This document shows, piece after piece, positions 1 through 11,889 of a stretch of DNA of 64,000 bases. The DNA is from Mobula hypostoma (lineage: Eukaryota), in NCBI RefSeq assembly GCF_963921235.1, contig NC_086097.1, forward strand, positions 13,950,001 to 14,014,000. The letters run 5' to 3'. How positions within the stretch are numbered: position 1 is the first letter of the stretch; each line of letters begins with the position of its first letter. The position numbers and the translations under genes are program-made. A model generated the notes under the pieces. That model saw only the letters and a program-made list of their open reading frames with translations. It made no database searches and had not been told where the DNA came from.

Positions 1-1156
1 ATCAGGTGCAGCAGGGATCTTCACAGCTGTAGTTGTGTTCTTCCTTTCAAAGCGGGCATAGGAAGTGTTGCGTTCATCTGGTAGTGAAGCATCGCTGCCA
101 TTCATGCTATTGGGTTTCACTGTTTAGGAAGTAATGTCTTGCAAGTCCTGCCAGAGTTGTTGGGCATCTGATGTCGCCTCCAACCTCATTTGAAATTGTC
201 TATTCACCCTTGAAATAGCCCTTCGCAAATCACACCTGGTTTTCTGGTACAGGTCTGGATCGCCAGACTTGAATGCCACAGATCTAGCCTTCAGCAGACG
301 ATGTACCTCCTGGTTCATCCACGGCTTTTGATTTGGGAATGTACAGTAAGTCTTTGTAGGCTCACACTCGTCCACACAGGTTTTAATGAAATTGGTAAAA
401 ACTGCAGCATACTCATCCGGGTTTGAAGATGATCCCTGAATTCAGTCCAGTTCAACGATTCAAAGCAGTCCTGTAGGCGCTCCTGTGCTTCCCTTGTCAG
501 CAGAATCTGCCTATACTGAGAGAGTTGAAGTACAGCCAGGTGATCAGACCTCCCGAAGTGAGGGTGTGGAATAGCACGATAGGCATTCTTGATGGTGTAG
601 CAATGGTCCAGTGACAAGTGATCTGTTGATGGTAATTACTTGGTGATTTTTTCAAAGAGGCCTGGTTAAAGTCTCCCAAAACGATGGTAAAGGCGTTAGG
701 ATGCGATGTTTCATGCAGGTTGATCCCATTGCTCAGATCATCTAAAGCCTGCTTGACATTGGCCTGAGGTGGAATATACATTGCTACCAAAAAGATCCAT
801 GAGAACTCCCATGGTTGGTAAAAAGGGCAGCACTTAACTACTAGATATTCTAGGTCTGGTGAGCAGAATTGGGACAGCACTGATATATTTGTGCACCAAG
901 AAGAGTTGATCATGAGGCATACTCCTCCACCTCTACTTTTGAGAGACTCTAGATCTATCCTGATGGTGTATAGTAAACCCGTCGATCTGAATCGCTGCAT
1001 CTGGTACAGAAGGGGTTAACCAGGATTCTGTGAAACAAAGGACACACGCGGTCCTAATGTCCTCTGATTCAGCACCCTTGCTCTGACATCATCGATTTTA
1101 TTCACCAGAGACTGTACTTTTGCCAACGAGATAGTCGGTATTGGGAGTTTAAAACC
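1..1156 (-). mobile_element. Rex1/Babar-type LINE ORF2 fragment (AP-endonuclease domain and linker), frameshifted
   Basis: Minus-strand peptides GGGVCLMINSSWC, CSPDLEYL, YIPPQAN, LGDFNQA, LDHCYT, HFGRSDHLAV, FPNQKPWMN are typical Rex1 APE-domain motifs, split over several frames. Confidence 0.9.
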
Positions 1157-1159
1157 TGT

Positions 1160-2891
1160 AATCAACTCCTGCCTCAACGAGAACCTGGACCCACTGCAAT
1201 TTGCCTATCACCACAATAAGTCTGTGGCAGATGCATCTCAATGGCTCTTCACACAGCCTTGGATCACCTGGACAATATAAACAGCCATGTCAGGATGCTG
1301 TTCATTGACTATAGTTCAGTGTTTAACACCTTCATTCCACAGTACTGATCAATAAGCTATGGAACCTGGTTCTCTGTACCTCCCTCTGCAAATGGATTCT
1401 TGACTTCCTAACTGGAAACCACAATCTGTGCGGATTGGTGATAGTGACTTCTCCTCACTGACAATCAACTTGGGGATGTGTGCTTAGCCTACTGCTCTAC
1501 TCTCTATATACCCATGACTGTGTGGCTAGGCAGAACTTAAATGCCATCTATAAATTTGCTGATTATACAACTATTGTTGGCTAAATCCCCCAATTTGCGA
1601 TTGTTGGAGACGAGAGGGCATTAAGGAGCAGAATATACCAGCTAGTTGAGTGGTGTTGCAGCAGCAATTTTGTCCTTAACATCAGAAAGACCAAAGAGCT
1701 GGTTGTGGATTTCAGGAAGGGTAAGATGAAGGATCACAAACCAATCCTCATAGAGGGATCAGAAGTGGAGAGAATGAGCAATTTCAAGTTCCTGGGTGTC
1801 AAGATCTCTGAGGATCTAACCTGGTTCTAACTTATAAATATAGCTATAAAGAACATTACTTAAGAAGTAGGAGCAGGAGTAGGCCATCTAGCCCGTCGGG
1901 CCTGCTCCGCCATTCAATAAGATCATGGCTGATCTGACCGTGGATTCATCTCCACCTACCTGACTTTCCCCTATAATCCTTGATTCCCCTACTGTGCAAA
2001 AATCTATCCAACCTTGTCTTAAACATATTTACTGGGGTAGCCTTCACTGCTTCATTGGGCAGATGATTCCACAGATTCACTACTCTTTGGGAAAAGCAGT
2101 TCCTCTTCATCTCTGTCCTATATTTACTCCCCTGAATCTTGAGGCTATGTCCCCTCTTTCTAGTCTCATCTACCAGTGGAAAGAACTTTCCTGCCTCTAC
2201 CTTATCTATCTCTTTCATAATTTTATACGTTTCTATAGATCTCCTCTCATTCTTCTGAATTCCGGCAAGTACAGTCCCAGGTGATTCAATCTCTCCTCAT
2301 AGTCTAACACCCTCATCTCTGGAATCAAACTGATCAACTTCAAGAAGGCATGACTGTGGTTATATTTCATTAGGAGTTTGAGGAGATTTGCTTTGTCATT
2401 TCGATACTCAAAAACTTTTAGATGTACCACGGAGATCATTCTGACAGGTTGCATCTATGTCTGGGATGGGGACAGTGGGGAGCGGGGGGGGGGCAGGCTA
2501 CTGCACAGGATTGAAAGAAGATACAGAGAGTTGTAAAATTAGTCAGTTCCATCTTGGGTACTAGCCTCCATAGTATCCAAGATATCCTCAAGGAGCAGTG
2601 CCTCAGAAAGGCAGCATCCATTATTAAGGTCCCCCATAACCCAGGACCAGCTCTTTTCTCATTGCTACCATCAAGAAGGAGGTTCAGAAGCCTGAAGGCA
2701 CACTGTCACCAATTCAAGAATAGCTTCTTCCCCTCTGGCATACAATTCCTAAATGGACATTGAACCCATGAACACTGCCTCACTTTTATTATTTCTGTTT
2801 TTGCACTATTTTTAATTGTACTGCTGCCATTAAGAACACATTTCAGAACAAATGCCAGTGATACTAAACCTGTTTCTGGTTCTGATTCTGA
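1160..2891 (+). mobile_element. Rex1/Babar-type LINE RT to 3' end, interrupted by a CR1 insertion at 1854-2341
   Basis: [62 protein letters not shown]...FKNSFFP; ends in a (TTCTGA)n-like tail at about 2872-2891. Confidence 0.9.
1854..2341 (-). mobile_element. CR1/HER1-type LINE 3' fragment nested in Rex1
   Basis: YEERLNHLGLYLPEFRRMRGDL, RGHSLKI, FSQRVVNLWNHLP; Rex1 sequence resumes at 2342 with a short AAGAA duplication. Confidence 0.9.
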
Positions 2892-2894
2892 GCA

Positions 2895-3278
2895 CAGGAG
2901 AATGAGTGGAGATTTGATAGAAATATGCAAAATTATGAGGGGTATTGATAGAGTAAATGCAAGCAGACTTTTTCCACTGTAGTTGGACGAGACTAGGTAA
3001 TAACTTAAGGGTGAAAGGTGAAATGTTTAAGAGGTAGATGAGGGGGAGCTTCTTCACTCAGATGGTAGTGCAATTGTGGATAAGCTGCCAGTGGAAGTGG
3101 TGGTTGTGGGTTCGATTTCAGCATTTAAGAGAAGTTTGGATAGCTACATGGGTGGGAGGGGTATGGAGGACTATGGTCTGTGTGCAGGTTAATGGGATTA
3201 GGCAGAATAACAGTTCAGCATGGTCTAATTGGCTGATTGACCTGTTTCTGTTCTGTAATGCTCTGTGGTTCTATGACG
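2895..3278 (+). mobile_element. CR1/HER1-type LINE 3' fragment
   Basis: RRMSGDLIEICKIMRGIDRV and MRGSFFTQMVVQLW motifs, followed by a CR1-type 3' tail. Confidence 0.8.
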
Positions 3279-3329
3279 CATTTTGGGAGATTACTATAGC
3301 TAAAATAAACACAATAAATAATTGGAATC

Positions 3330-4540
3330 TGGGAAATGCTAAGGAACAGAGGACCTCACTTTATATTTCCAGGCATCTCTGAAGGAGCAGCATTAGTAGC
3401 TGAAATGCTTAAGAATGCATACAGGATACTGTCCTTCATTAGCCAGGACGTAAAACTTAAAAGCAAGGAGGTTATGGTGCAACTTTATAAAGCATTACTT
3501 AGGCCACAACTGGAGTGTAGTTCAAAAGCAGAATCTGAATTATGTTTCTTATCACTGGCATGTGCTGTGAAATTTGTTGTGTTTTGGCAGTGGTACAGGA
3601 CGAGACATAAAACACTACTCTATCTTACAATGAAAGGAAATAATTAAATAGTCCAAAAGAGGGAAAGCAAGGTGGCGTTCATGGACTGTTCGGAAACCTA
3701 ATGTCAGAAGTGAGGATTGTGTTCCTGAAATGTTGAGTGTGGTTCCTGAGTCTGCTATGGTAGTAATGAAAAGAGGGCATGTTCAGGATGTTGAGGGTCC
3801 ATAATAATAGATGTTATGCTGCCTCACTGTGGCACTGCCTTTTGAAGATGTCCTCAATAATGGGAAGGCTAGTGCCTGTACTGGAGATGCTGAGTCTACA
3901 ACCCTTTGAAACTTCTTGATTCTGTGCGTTCGAGTCTCCATACAATGGTGATGCAACAAGGTACATCTGTAGAAATTTCTTAGAGTCTTTGGTGACATAG
4001 CAAAGCTCCTGAAACTCCTTATGAAGTTTCACTACCGTCGCGCATTGTTCATGATTGCATCAATACACTGGGCGCAGAATGGATGCACAGCAATGGAAAT
4101 GATAGAATGGATAAGATTGCAATGAAGAGGATCCAGCAGGATGATTTACCAGAGGACACGAGATCCAAAGTGTTGTCCCTGCGGGAAGAACCCTGAGGAG
4201 GTGGGACAAGACTGAGCTATACAAAACCTTGAAGAGCATAGCTAGGGTAGATGGTGAGAAACATTGACCTTTGGTGGAGACGTGTATAACAATAATACAT
4301 GGGTTTAAGGTATGGTAACAGAGACGTAGGTGGTGTTTGAGGAAAAGGAGAGTAGCTTGGAAATAGAATTTACTACCTGAGCGTGTGAAGAACAGAGATG
4401 CATTAACAACATTTAAGAATTATCTTGATAAGAATTTGAATTGCCCAGGTGTGGAATGATTCAGGCCAGCTGTTGGAAATGGGGATTAAAGCTCTTGACG
4501 GACACAATGCATTGAAGGGTAATTTTACATCCTTTATGAC
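3330..4540. mobile_element. Old CR1 fragment (+, about 3330-3520 and 4100-4540) split by a Rex1 3' fragment (-, about 3530-4090)
   Basis: KSKEVMVQLYKALLRPQLEC on +; MSPKTLRNFYRCT and LPIIEDIFKRQC on -. Confidence 0.7.
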
Positions 4541-5007
4541 TTTAAAAGTGTATAACTGTATTATTCTAAGATATGCTATTTAACTGCCAGGTCTTCCTTC
4601 TTACAAACTTGGTGCAAAAATCAAAATTCAGGCACAGCATTTTCTAAATACATATTAATGTTTTGATATAATCACGGTATATCTAATGCTAAGTATGAAG
4701 CCACTTAAAAGGGGAACGCAAGAAGACTTCCATGGTACTTCATGAGCTATGCCTCATGGACAAAGTCACAACAATAGAAAAGAAAACGACTTTATTGTCA
4801 TTGCTCAAGACAACGAGATCGTGGTCCTACTCCAGTCTGGGCAAAACAGATATTTACAATGCATGTTGTCCAGCTTAATTTTTAAAAGTTCCCATATTGT
4901 CATTCAAATAAGTGAGTTTGATACACTCAAAGGCCATGATGAGCCAGGGTGTAGAATTATTCAGCTGCACAACAGCCCTTGGGAAGAAGCTGACTTTAGT
5001 TTTACTG

Positions 5008-5151
5008 TAAGCACAAAATAATCTGCAGATGCTGGGGTCAAAGCAACACTCACAACACGCTGGAGGAACTCAGCAGGTCAGGTAGCATCCGTGGAAACAA
5101 TCAGTCAATGTTTCGGGCCAGAACTCTTTGTCGGGACTAACTAACCCTTTG
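5008..5151 (-). mobile_element. Penelope-like terminal repeat, single arm, with degenerate hammerhead motif
   Basis: Family sequence ATCTGCAGATGCTGG...GCTGGAGGAACTCAGCAGG...GTTTCGGGCC; perfect 12-bp TSD TTAGTTTTACTG at 4996-5007 and 5152-5163. Confidence 0.85.
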
Positions 5152-5509
5152 TTAGTTTTACTGCCTTGACCATTCCTTTTGGGGGTTGTGGCATACGTCC
5201 TTGCCTTTATTGACACTGCATTTCACTGCACACAGATGCTTTGCGACAGAGCTAAAATATTGCAAGATGATAGCAAGGTTTGGTGTGAAGCAATAAGTGC
5301 ATTTGATGGCAGGGAAGAGGTTAAAACTAGAGGATGTGTGGAAGTTATCAACACCTGGATGTGATGAATGTGTGGAAATTGTGCTTAGAGACTAGATGAA
5401 ATGCAGTTGAAGGTCACGCTCTTCTGCACAGGCTTCCCTTCCCAATTATGCACTTTAATTTCTCCTATCTCCAAAGACCTGTCTCCTATTTAACATCTAA
5501 AAATCTCCC

Positions 5510-5660
5510 CTCTTCAGCTGATTATGGCTCCCAGATGTACCTCACGACCAACTCCAGAAGACATTTCATTCCCTCTAGATTGGCAGGACATTTATCTGAC
5601 ATCCTACACTGCAGGAACATAAAAGTCTTCCAGTTTAACATTGGGAAGACAGAGCCAAGG
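5510..5660 (+). mobile_element. Ancient L2-type LINE RT relic
   Basis: ADYGSQMYLTT...SRLAGHLSDILHCRNIKVFQFNIGKTE resembles the L2 motif ADDTQLY...LSDI..WM..NFLQLNIGKTE. Confidence 0.6.
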
Positions 5661-6121
5661 GACCAGAGTGCCCTTTACCTAGCCTGTCACCCACATACAC
5701 ACACAATATCTTGCCCCAGTGTTCTGACGACTCTTGTTCACACCTGACCTCTGGTAATGTCTGTGTGGAACCTGAACATTCTCCCTCCGAGAGTATGATT
5801 TCATCTCAGTAGTTAAGTTCCCTTGCACACCCAAAGGACATACTGGGGCATTGTAAGTTGCCCCAGAGTAAGTGAGTGATAGAATCTGAGAGAAAAATGA
5901 AATTGATGTAGGAGGATGCCTAATGGGCTGATTGGCCTTTTTCTGTACTGTATGAATCTATAATTATTGGTATTGGTATTGTTATTAGTTTATTGTTCAA
6001 AATTTGAATCAGGTTTAATATCACCGGCATATGTTGTGAAATTTGTTGACTTTGTGGCGGCAGTAAAATGCCATGTATAATAATAGAAAAAACATGAAAT
6101 ACAGTATATATATATATATAT

Positions 6122-7228
6122 TAGAATCAGAATCAGGTTTATTATCACCATCATGTGACGTGAAACTTGTTAACTTAGCAGCAGCAGTTCAATGCAATAC
6201 ATAACATAGAAAAAAAAGAAATAATAAATAAATAAATAAATAAATAAATTACAATATACGTATATTGAATAAATTTTTAAAACGTGCAAAAACAGAAATA
6301 CTGTATCAAAAAAAGTGAGGTAGTGTCCAAGGATTCAATGTCCATTTAGGAATCGGATGGCAGAGGGGAAGAAGCTGTTCCTGAATCGCTGAGTGTGTGC
6401 CTTCAGGCTTCTGTATCTCCTACCTGATGGTAACAGTGAGAAAAGGGCATGCCCTGGGTGCTGGAAGTCCTTAATAATGGACGCTGCCCTTCTCAGACAC
6501 CACTCCTTGAAGATGTCTTGGGCGCTTTGTAGGCTAATACACAAGATGTAGCTGACAAGATTTAAAACCCTCTGCAGCTTCTTTCAGCCCTGTGCAGTAG
6601 CACCCCCTCCATAACAGACAATGATGCAGCCTGTCAGAATGCTCTCCATGGTACATCTATAGAGGTTTTTGAGTGTATTTGTTGACATGCTAAATCTCTT
6701 CAAGTTCCTAATCAAGTATAACCGCTGTCTTGTCTTCTTTATAACTGCATTGATATGTTAGGACCAGGTTAGGTCCTCAGAGATCTTGACACCCAGGAAC
6801 TTGAATCTGCTCACTCTCTCCACTTCTGATTTCTCTGTGAGGATTGGTATGTGTTCCTTTGTCTTACCCTTCCTGAAGTCCACAATCAGCTCTTTCGTAT
6901 TGCTGATGTTGAGTGCCAATTTGTTGCTGCAGCACCACTCCACTAGTTGGCATATCTCACTCCTGTACGCCCTCTCGTCACCACCTGAGATTCTACCAAC
7001 ATTGGTTGTATCATCAGCAAATTTATAGATGGTATTTGAACTATGCCTAGCCACACAGTCATGTGTATATAGAGAGTAGAGCAGTGGGCAACGCACACAC
7101 CCCTGAGGTGCTGATTATCGGCGAGGAGAACATGTTATCACCAATCGGCACAGATTGTGGTCTTCCAATTATGAAGTGAAGGATCCAATTGCAGAGGGAG
7201 GTACAGAGGCCCAGGTTCTGCAACTTCT
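6122..7228 (-). mobile_element. Rex1/Babar-type LINE RT to 3' end
   Basis: [52 protein letters not shown]; tail AGAATCAGAATCAGG at about 6123. Confidence 0.9.
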
Positions 7229-7269
7229 CTATTATATATATATGTGTGTTGCTTGAGTTAGTGTTCTTG

Positions 7270-7797
7270 ATTTCAGTGTCCATTCAGAGGTTGGATTGCA
7301 GAGGGGAAGCATCTGCTCCTGAATCAGTGAGTGCATTCCTTCAGGCTTCTGTACTGCCTTCCTGATGGTAGCAACGAGAACAAGGCATGATCTGGGTGAC
7401 GGGGGTCCTTAATGATGGATGCCATCGTTTTGAGAAATTTCTCCTTGAAGATGTTCTGAATACTACGCGCATGATGGAGCTGATTAAGTTTACAGCTCTC
7501 TGCAGCTTACTTTGATTCTGTGCAGTAGTCCTCCCCTCCCGCACCAGATGGTGATACAGCCAGTCTGAATGCTCTCCACGGTACATCTGTAGTAATTTTT
7601 GAGTGTTTCTGGTGACATACCAAATCTCCTCAAACTCCGAATGAAATATAGCTGCTGTTGTGCCTTTGAGGTAACTGCATCAATATGTTGGGTCCAGACT
7701 AGATCCTCAGGGATATTGACATCCAGAAACTTGAAATTGCTCAGCCTTTCCACTTCTGATCCCTCTATGAGGACTGCTGTTTGTTTCCTTGTCTTAT
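7270..7797 (-). mobile_element. Rex1/Babar-type LINE 3' fragment
   Basis: GSEVERLSNFKFLDV...KAQQQLYFIRSLRRFGMS...YRCTVESI. Confidence 0.85.
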
Positions 7798-8046
7798 CAG
7801 TTCTTTGGTCTAATGTCACATATACCAAGGTACAGTAAAAATCTTGTCTTGCACATTGTTCATACAGACCCAATCATTATACAGAGCATCGAGGTAGAAC
7901 AATGTAAAACAATATCAATGCAGAATAAAGAGTAAAAGCCGCAGAGAAAGTGCAGTGTAGGTAAACGATAAGGCACGAGATCATAACAAGATCGATTGTG
8001 AGGTCAAGAGTTCACCTTATCTTAAAAGAGGACCATTCTAGAATTT

Positions 8047-9535
8047 GGGGGTGGAGTAGTTGCATAGTGGTTAGCACAAAGTTTTACAGCACTAGTGACC
8101 TGGGCTCAATTCCCACCGCTGTCTGTAAGGTGATTGTACATTCCCGCCGTGACCATGTGTGTTCCTTTTCTTTTCAAATCATTTTATTATTATTATTATT
8201 ATTCAAAAAATAACATGAGTACATCGAAGTAAGCAACACTTACAATGTCTCAAGGAAAAAAAAAATTATTGTAAAGACTGAAAATTTTTTGTGATAATAA
8301 AAAAACCCTACTAAGCAGAAAAGTAGGAAAAAAAGCCCCATTAGGTGTACAACCCCGGAGTCATGCGTCATACAAAAAGCTTCTAAAGATAAACATCAAA
8401 CCGCCAGCAAGAAAAAAATATACCAGAAATTTACAATTAGATCGTGGAGAAAATCTATCAATTAACTCAAATGATAATAACGAGCAAATGAACCCCATCT
8501 TTTCTCAAAATCAAATAAAGGTTCAAAGGTTCGACTTCTAATTTTCTCCAAACTAAGACATAGCATCACTTGAGAGAACCATTGTGACAAAGTGGGAGCT
8601 GATGTATCCTTCCACTTCAACAAAATGGCCCTCCTGGCTATCAATGTAACAAATGCAATAATATGTTGGTCAGACACAGAGATACCATGGATATTTTGAG
8701 GAATTATTCCAAAAAGCACAGTTAATTTGTTAGGTTGTAAATTAATTTTAAGTGCTTTAGAAATCGTCGAAAAAACTGACTTCCAGAACTGTTCCAATAT
8801 AGAACAAGACCAAAAGATGTGTGTCAGTGTAGCTGTCTCAGTTTTACACCTATCACAATAACTATCAACATTAGGAAATATTTTAGACAGTCTCTCCTTC
8901 GTCAGATGGTAACGACGTACAATTTTAAATTGAATCAGTGAATGACTAGTACAGATTGAAGAAGAGTTAACCAGCTTCAGAATCCACGTCCAATCTTCTG
9001 TCATAAAAATTAAATTGAGTTTCTTTTCCCAATCTTGTTTAATCTTAAATAAAGGACGCTTATCCCATTGTAATAATAAATTATAAATTCTTCTAACAGA
9101 AACCTCATCGAAGGGTTCATACTCATAATGGTATCTAACAGGTCAGCCTCCAATATATAAGAAAAATTACTTAAATATCTTGTAAGAAATGTCTAACCTG
9201 AAGGTATTGTAAGAAGTGTGAGTATGAAAGAGAATATTTATCAAGTAATTGTTCAAAAGACATCAATCTATCTTCTTTAAATAAATCCAAAAAAGAATTA
9301 ATACCTTTATTTTTCCAAAGTAAAAAAATTGGATCACTCAAAGAAGGCTTACCATGTGCGTTTTCTCTGGGTGCTCTGGTTTCCTCTTACAGTCCAAAGA
9401 TGTACTGGTTGGTAGGTTATATGGTCATTGTTAATTGCCCTGTGACAGGGCTAGGATTAGATCTGGGGTTGCTGAGCAGAGCAGTTCAAAAGGCCAGAAG
9501 GGCCTTCTCTGTACTAAATCTCAATAAATTAATTA
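8047..9535 (+). mobile_element. tRNA-derived V-SINE (HE1-like) split by an L1 insertion; SINE parts at 8047-8163 and 9351-9535
   Basis: A-box-like TAGTGGTTAG and B-box-like GGCTCAATTCC; the V-domain (CCCGCCGTGACCATGTG|...GGGTGCTCTGGTTTCCTC) resumes after the insertion. Confidence 0.8.
8164..9350 (-). mobile_element. 5'-truncated L1/Tx1-clade LINE (ORF2 C-terminus and 3' UTR)
   Basis: ORF 8462-9004 contains LIQFKIVRRYHLT, the zinc knuckle CDRC-x7-HIFWSC and ARRAILLKWK; AATAAA plus A-rich end near 8166-8200; TSD ACCATGTG[T/C]GTT at 8152-8163 and 9351-9362. Confidence 0.9.
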
Positions 9536-9870
9536 ATAATAATGCTGGGTGTGAAGATGTCCTTGAGGCTGGTGGTATGTGCTTTCAGGCTCTTGTATCT
9601 TCTGCTTGATTGGAGAGGGGAGAAGAGAGAATGTCCCAATGTCCCAATGGGTGGAGTCTTTGATTATGCTGGCTACTTTACTGAGACAGCAAGAAGTATA
9701 GACACAATCTATAGAAGAGAGGCTGCTTCCTGTGAAGTGCTGGGGTGTGTCCACAGCTCTCAACGGTTTCTCGCAGTTCAGAGGCAAAGCAGTAATACTA
9801 TGGCCAAAAAAAAAGCACACCAGTATCTCCTACTTCCCAGAAAACTGAAGAAGTTCAACATGAAGAAGTT

Positions 9871-10430
9871 CAGTAAAACTCTGGTTAGGCCACACTTGGA
9901 GTATTGTGTCCAATTCTGGTCACCTCACTATAGGAAGGATGTGGAAGCATCGGAAAGAGTACAGAGGAGATTTACCAGGATGCTGCCTGGTTTAGAGAGT
10001 ATGCATTATGATCAGAGATTAAGGGAGCTAGGGCTTTACTCTTTGGAGAGAAGGAGGATGAGAGGAGACATGATAGAGGTGTACAAGATAATAAGAGGAA
10101 TAGATAGAGTGGATAGCCAGCGCCTCTTTCCCAGGGCACCACTGCTCAATACAAGAGGACATGGCTTTAAGGTAAAGGGTGGGAAGTTCAAGGGGGATAT
10201 TAGAGGAAGGTTTTTTACTCAGAGAGTGGTTGGTGCGTGGAATGCACTGCCTGAGTCAGTGGTGGAGGCAGATACACAAGTGAAGTTTAAGAGACTACTA
10301 GACAGGTATATAGAGGAATCTAAGGTGGGGGCTTATATGGGAGGCAGGGTTTGAGGGTCGGCACAACATTGTGGGCCGAAGGGCCTGTACTGTGCTATAC
10401 TATTCTATATTCTATGTTCTATGTTCTATG
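9871..10430 (+). mobile_element. Young CR1/HER1-type LINE 3' fragment
   Basis: Uninterrupted frame KTLVRPHLEYCVQFWSPHYRKD...RRMRGDMIEVYK...FFTQRVVGAWNALP; (TTCTATG)n tail. Confidence 0.92.
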
Positions 10431-10545
10431 TCCCCATTGTTCCTCATCAAGGAACTTAAAGTTGCTGACCCTCTCCATCTCTGATGCCCCAAAAAGCAGT
10501 GGCTCATGAACACCTGGTTTCCTCCTCCTGAAGTCAATAATCATT

Positions 10546-11384
10546 GTCATAGTCATAGTCATAGTCATACTTTATTGATCCCGAGGGAAATTCATTTTTG
10601 TTACAGTTGCGCCATAAATAATTAAATAGTAATAAAACCATAAATAGTTAAACAGTAATATGTAAATTATGCCAGGAAATAAGTCCAGGACCAGCCTATT
10701 GACTCAGGGTGTCTGACCCTCCAAGGGAGGAGTTGTAAAGTTTGATGGCCACAGGCAAGAATGACTTCCTATGACGCTCTGTGCTGCATCTCGGTGGAAT
10801 GAGTCTCTGGCTGAATGTACTCCTGTGCCCACCCAGTACATTATGTAGTGGATGGGAGACATTGTCCAAGATGGCATGCAACTTGGACAGCATCCTCTTC
10901 TCAGACACCACCGTGAGAGAGTCCAGTTCCATCCCCACAACATCACTGGCCTTACGAATGAATTTGTTGATTCTGTTGGTGTCTGCTACACTCAGCCTGC
11001 TGCCCCAGCACACAACAGCAAACATGATCGCACTGGCCACCACAGACTCATAGAACATCCTCAGCATCATCCGGCAGATGTTAAAGGACCTCAGTCTCCT
11101 CAGAAAATAGAGACGGCTCTGACCCTTCTTGTAGACAGCCTCAGTGTTCTTTGACCAGTCCAGTTTATTTTCAATTCGTATCCCCAGGTATTTGTAATCA
11201 TCCAACATGTCCACACTGACCCCCTGCATGGAAACAGGGGTCACCGGTGCCTTAGCTCTCCTCAGATCTACCACCAGCTCCTTAGTCTTGTTCACATTAA
11301 GCTGCAGATAATTGTGCTCACAACATGTGACAAAGTTTCCTACCGTAGCCCTGTACTCAGCCTCATCTCCCTTGCTGATGCATC
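10546..11384 (-). mobile_element. Young Rex1/Babar-type LINE, 5'-truncated
   Basis: Open frame LQLNVNKTKELVVDLRR...YKYLGIRI...KKGQSRLYFLRRLRSF...RKSFLPVAIKLYN; tail reads (GTCATA)n on +. Confidence 0.92.
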
Positions 11385-11705
11385 CTGCTGACATTGAGTG
11401 AGGGGTTGTTGTTGTGGCACAACTCGGCCAGATTTTCATTCTCCTTCCTATGTACAGATTCATCACCACCTTTGATTCAGCCAACGACAGTGGTGTTGTC
11501 AGTAAACTTGAATATGGCTCTGAATCTGTGTTTAGCTTCACAATCATAAATGTAAAGTGAGTAGAGCAGGGGGCCTTGTGGTGTACCTGTGCTGATGGAG
11601 ATCATGCAGCAGATGTTGTTACTATTCTGTACTGACTGGGGTCTGCAGGTGAGGAAATTACACATGGAGGCATGGAGGTATTGAGGTCAAGGTCTCAAAG
11701 CTTAT

Positions 11706-11889
11706 GCAAGGAAATCTGCAGATGCTGGAATTTCAAGCAACACACATAAAAGTTGCTGGTGAACGCAGCAGGCCACGCAGCATCTCTAGGAAGAGGTACA
11801 GTCGATGTTTCGGGCCGAGACCTTGACTGTACCACTTCCTAGAGATGCTGCCTGGCCTGCTGCGTTCACCAGCAACTTTTATGTGTGTT
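11706..11889. mobile_element. PLE-derived foldback (two inverted terminal-repeat arms)
   Basis: Arms ACACACATAAAAGTTGCTGGTGAACGCAGCAGGCCA... and ...TGGCCTGCTGCGTTCACCAGCAACTTTTATGTGTGT are reverse complements; perfect 13-bp TSD TCTCAAAGCTTAT at 11693-11705 and 11890-11902. Confidence 0.9.

Noticed and set aside
9542..10354. 270-aa ORF as a host gene
   Set aside because: It is a chance fusion of antisense Rex1, a short sense Rex1 piece and a CR1 ORF2 C-terminus.
10696..11547. 283-aa ORF as an intact gene
   Set aside because: The N-terminus is off-frame old Rex1 joined to a 5'-truncated young Rex1; the RT is incomplete.
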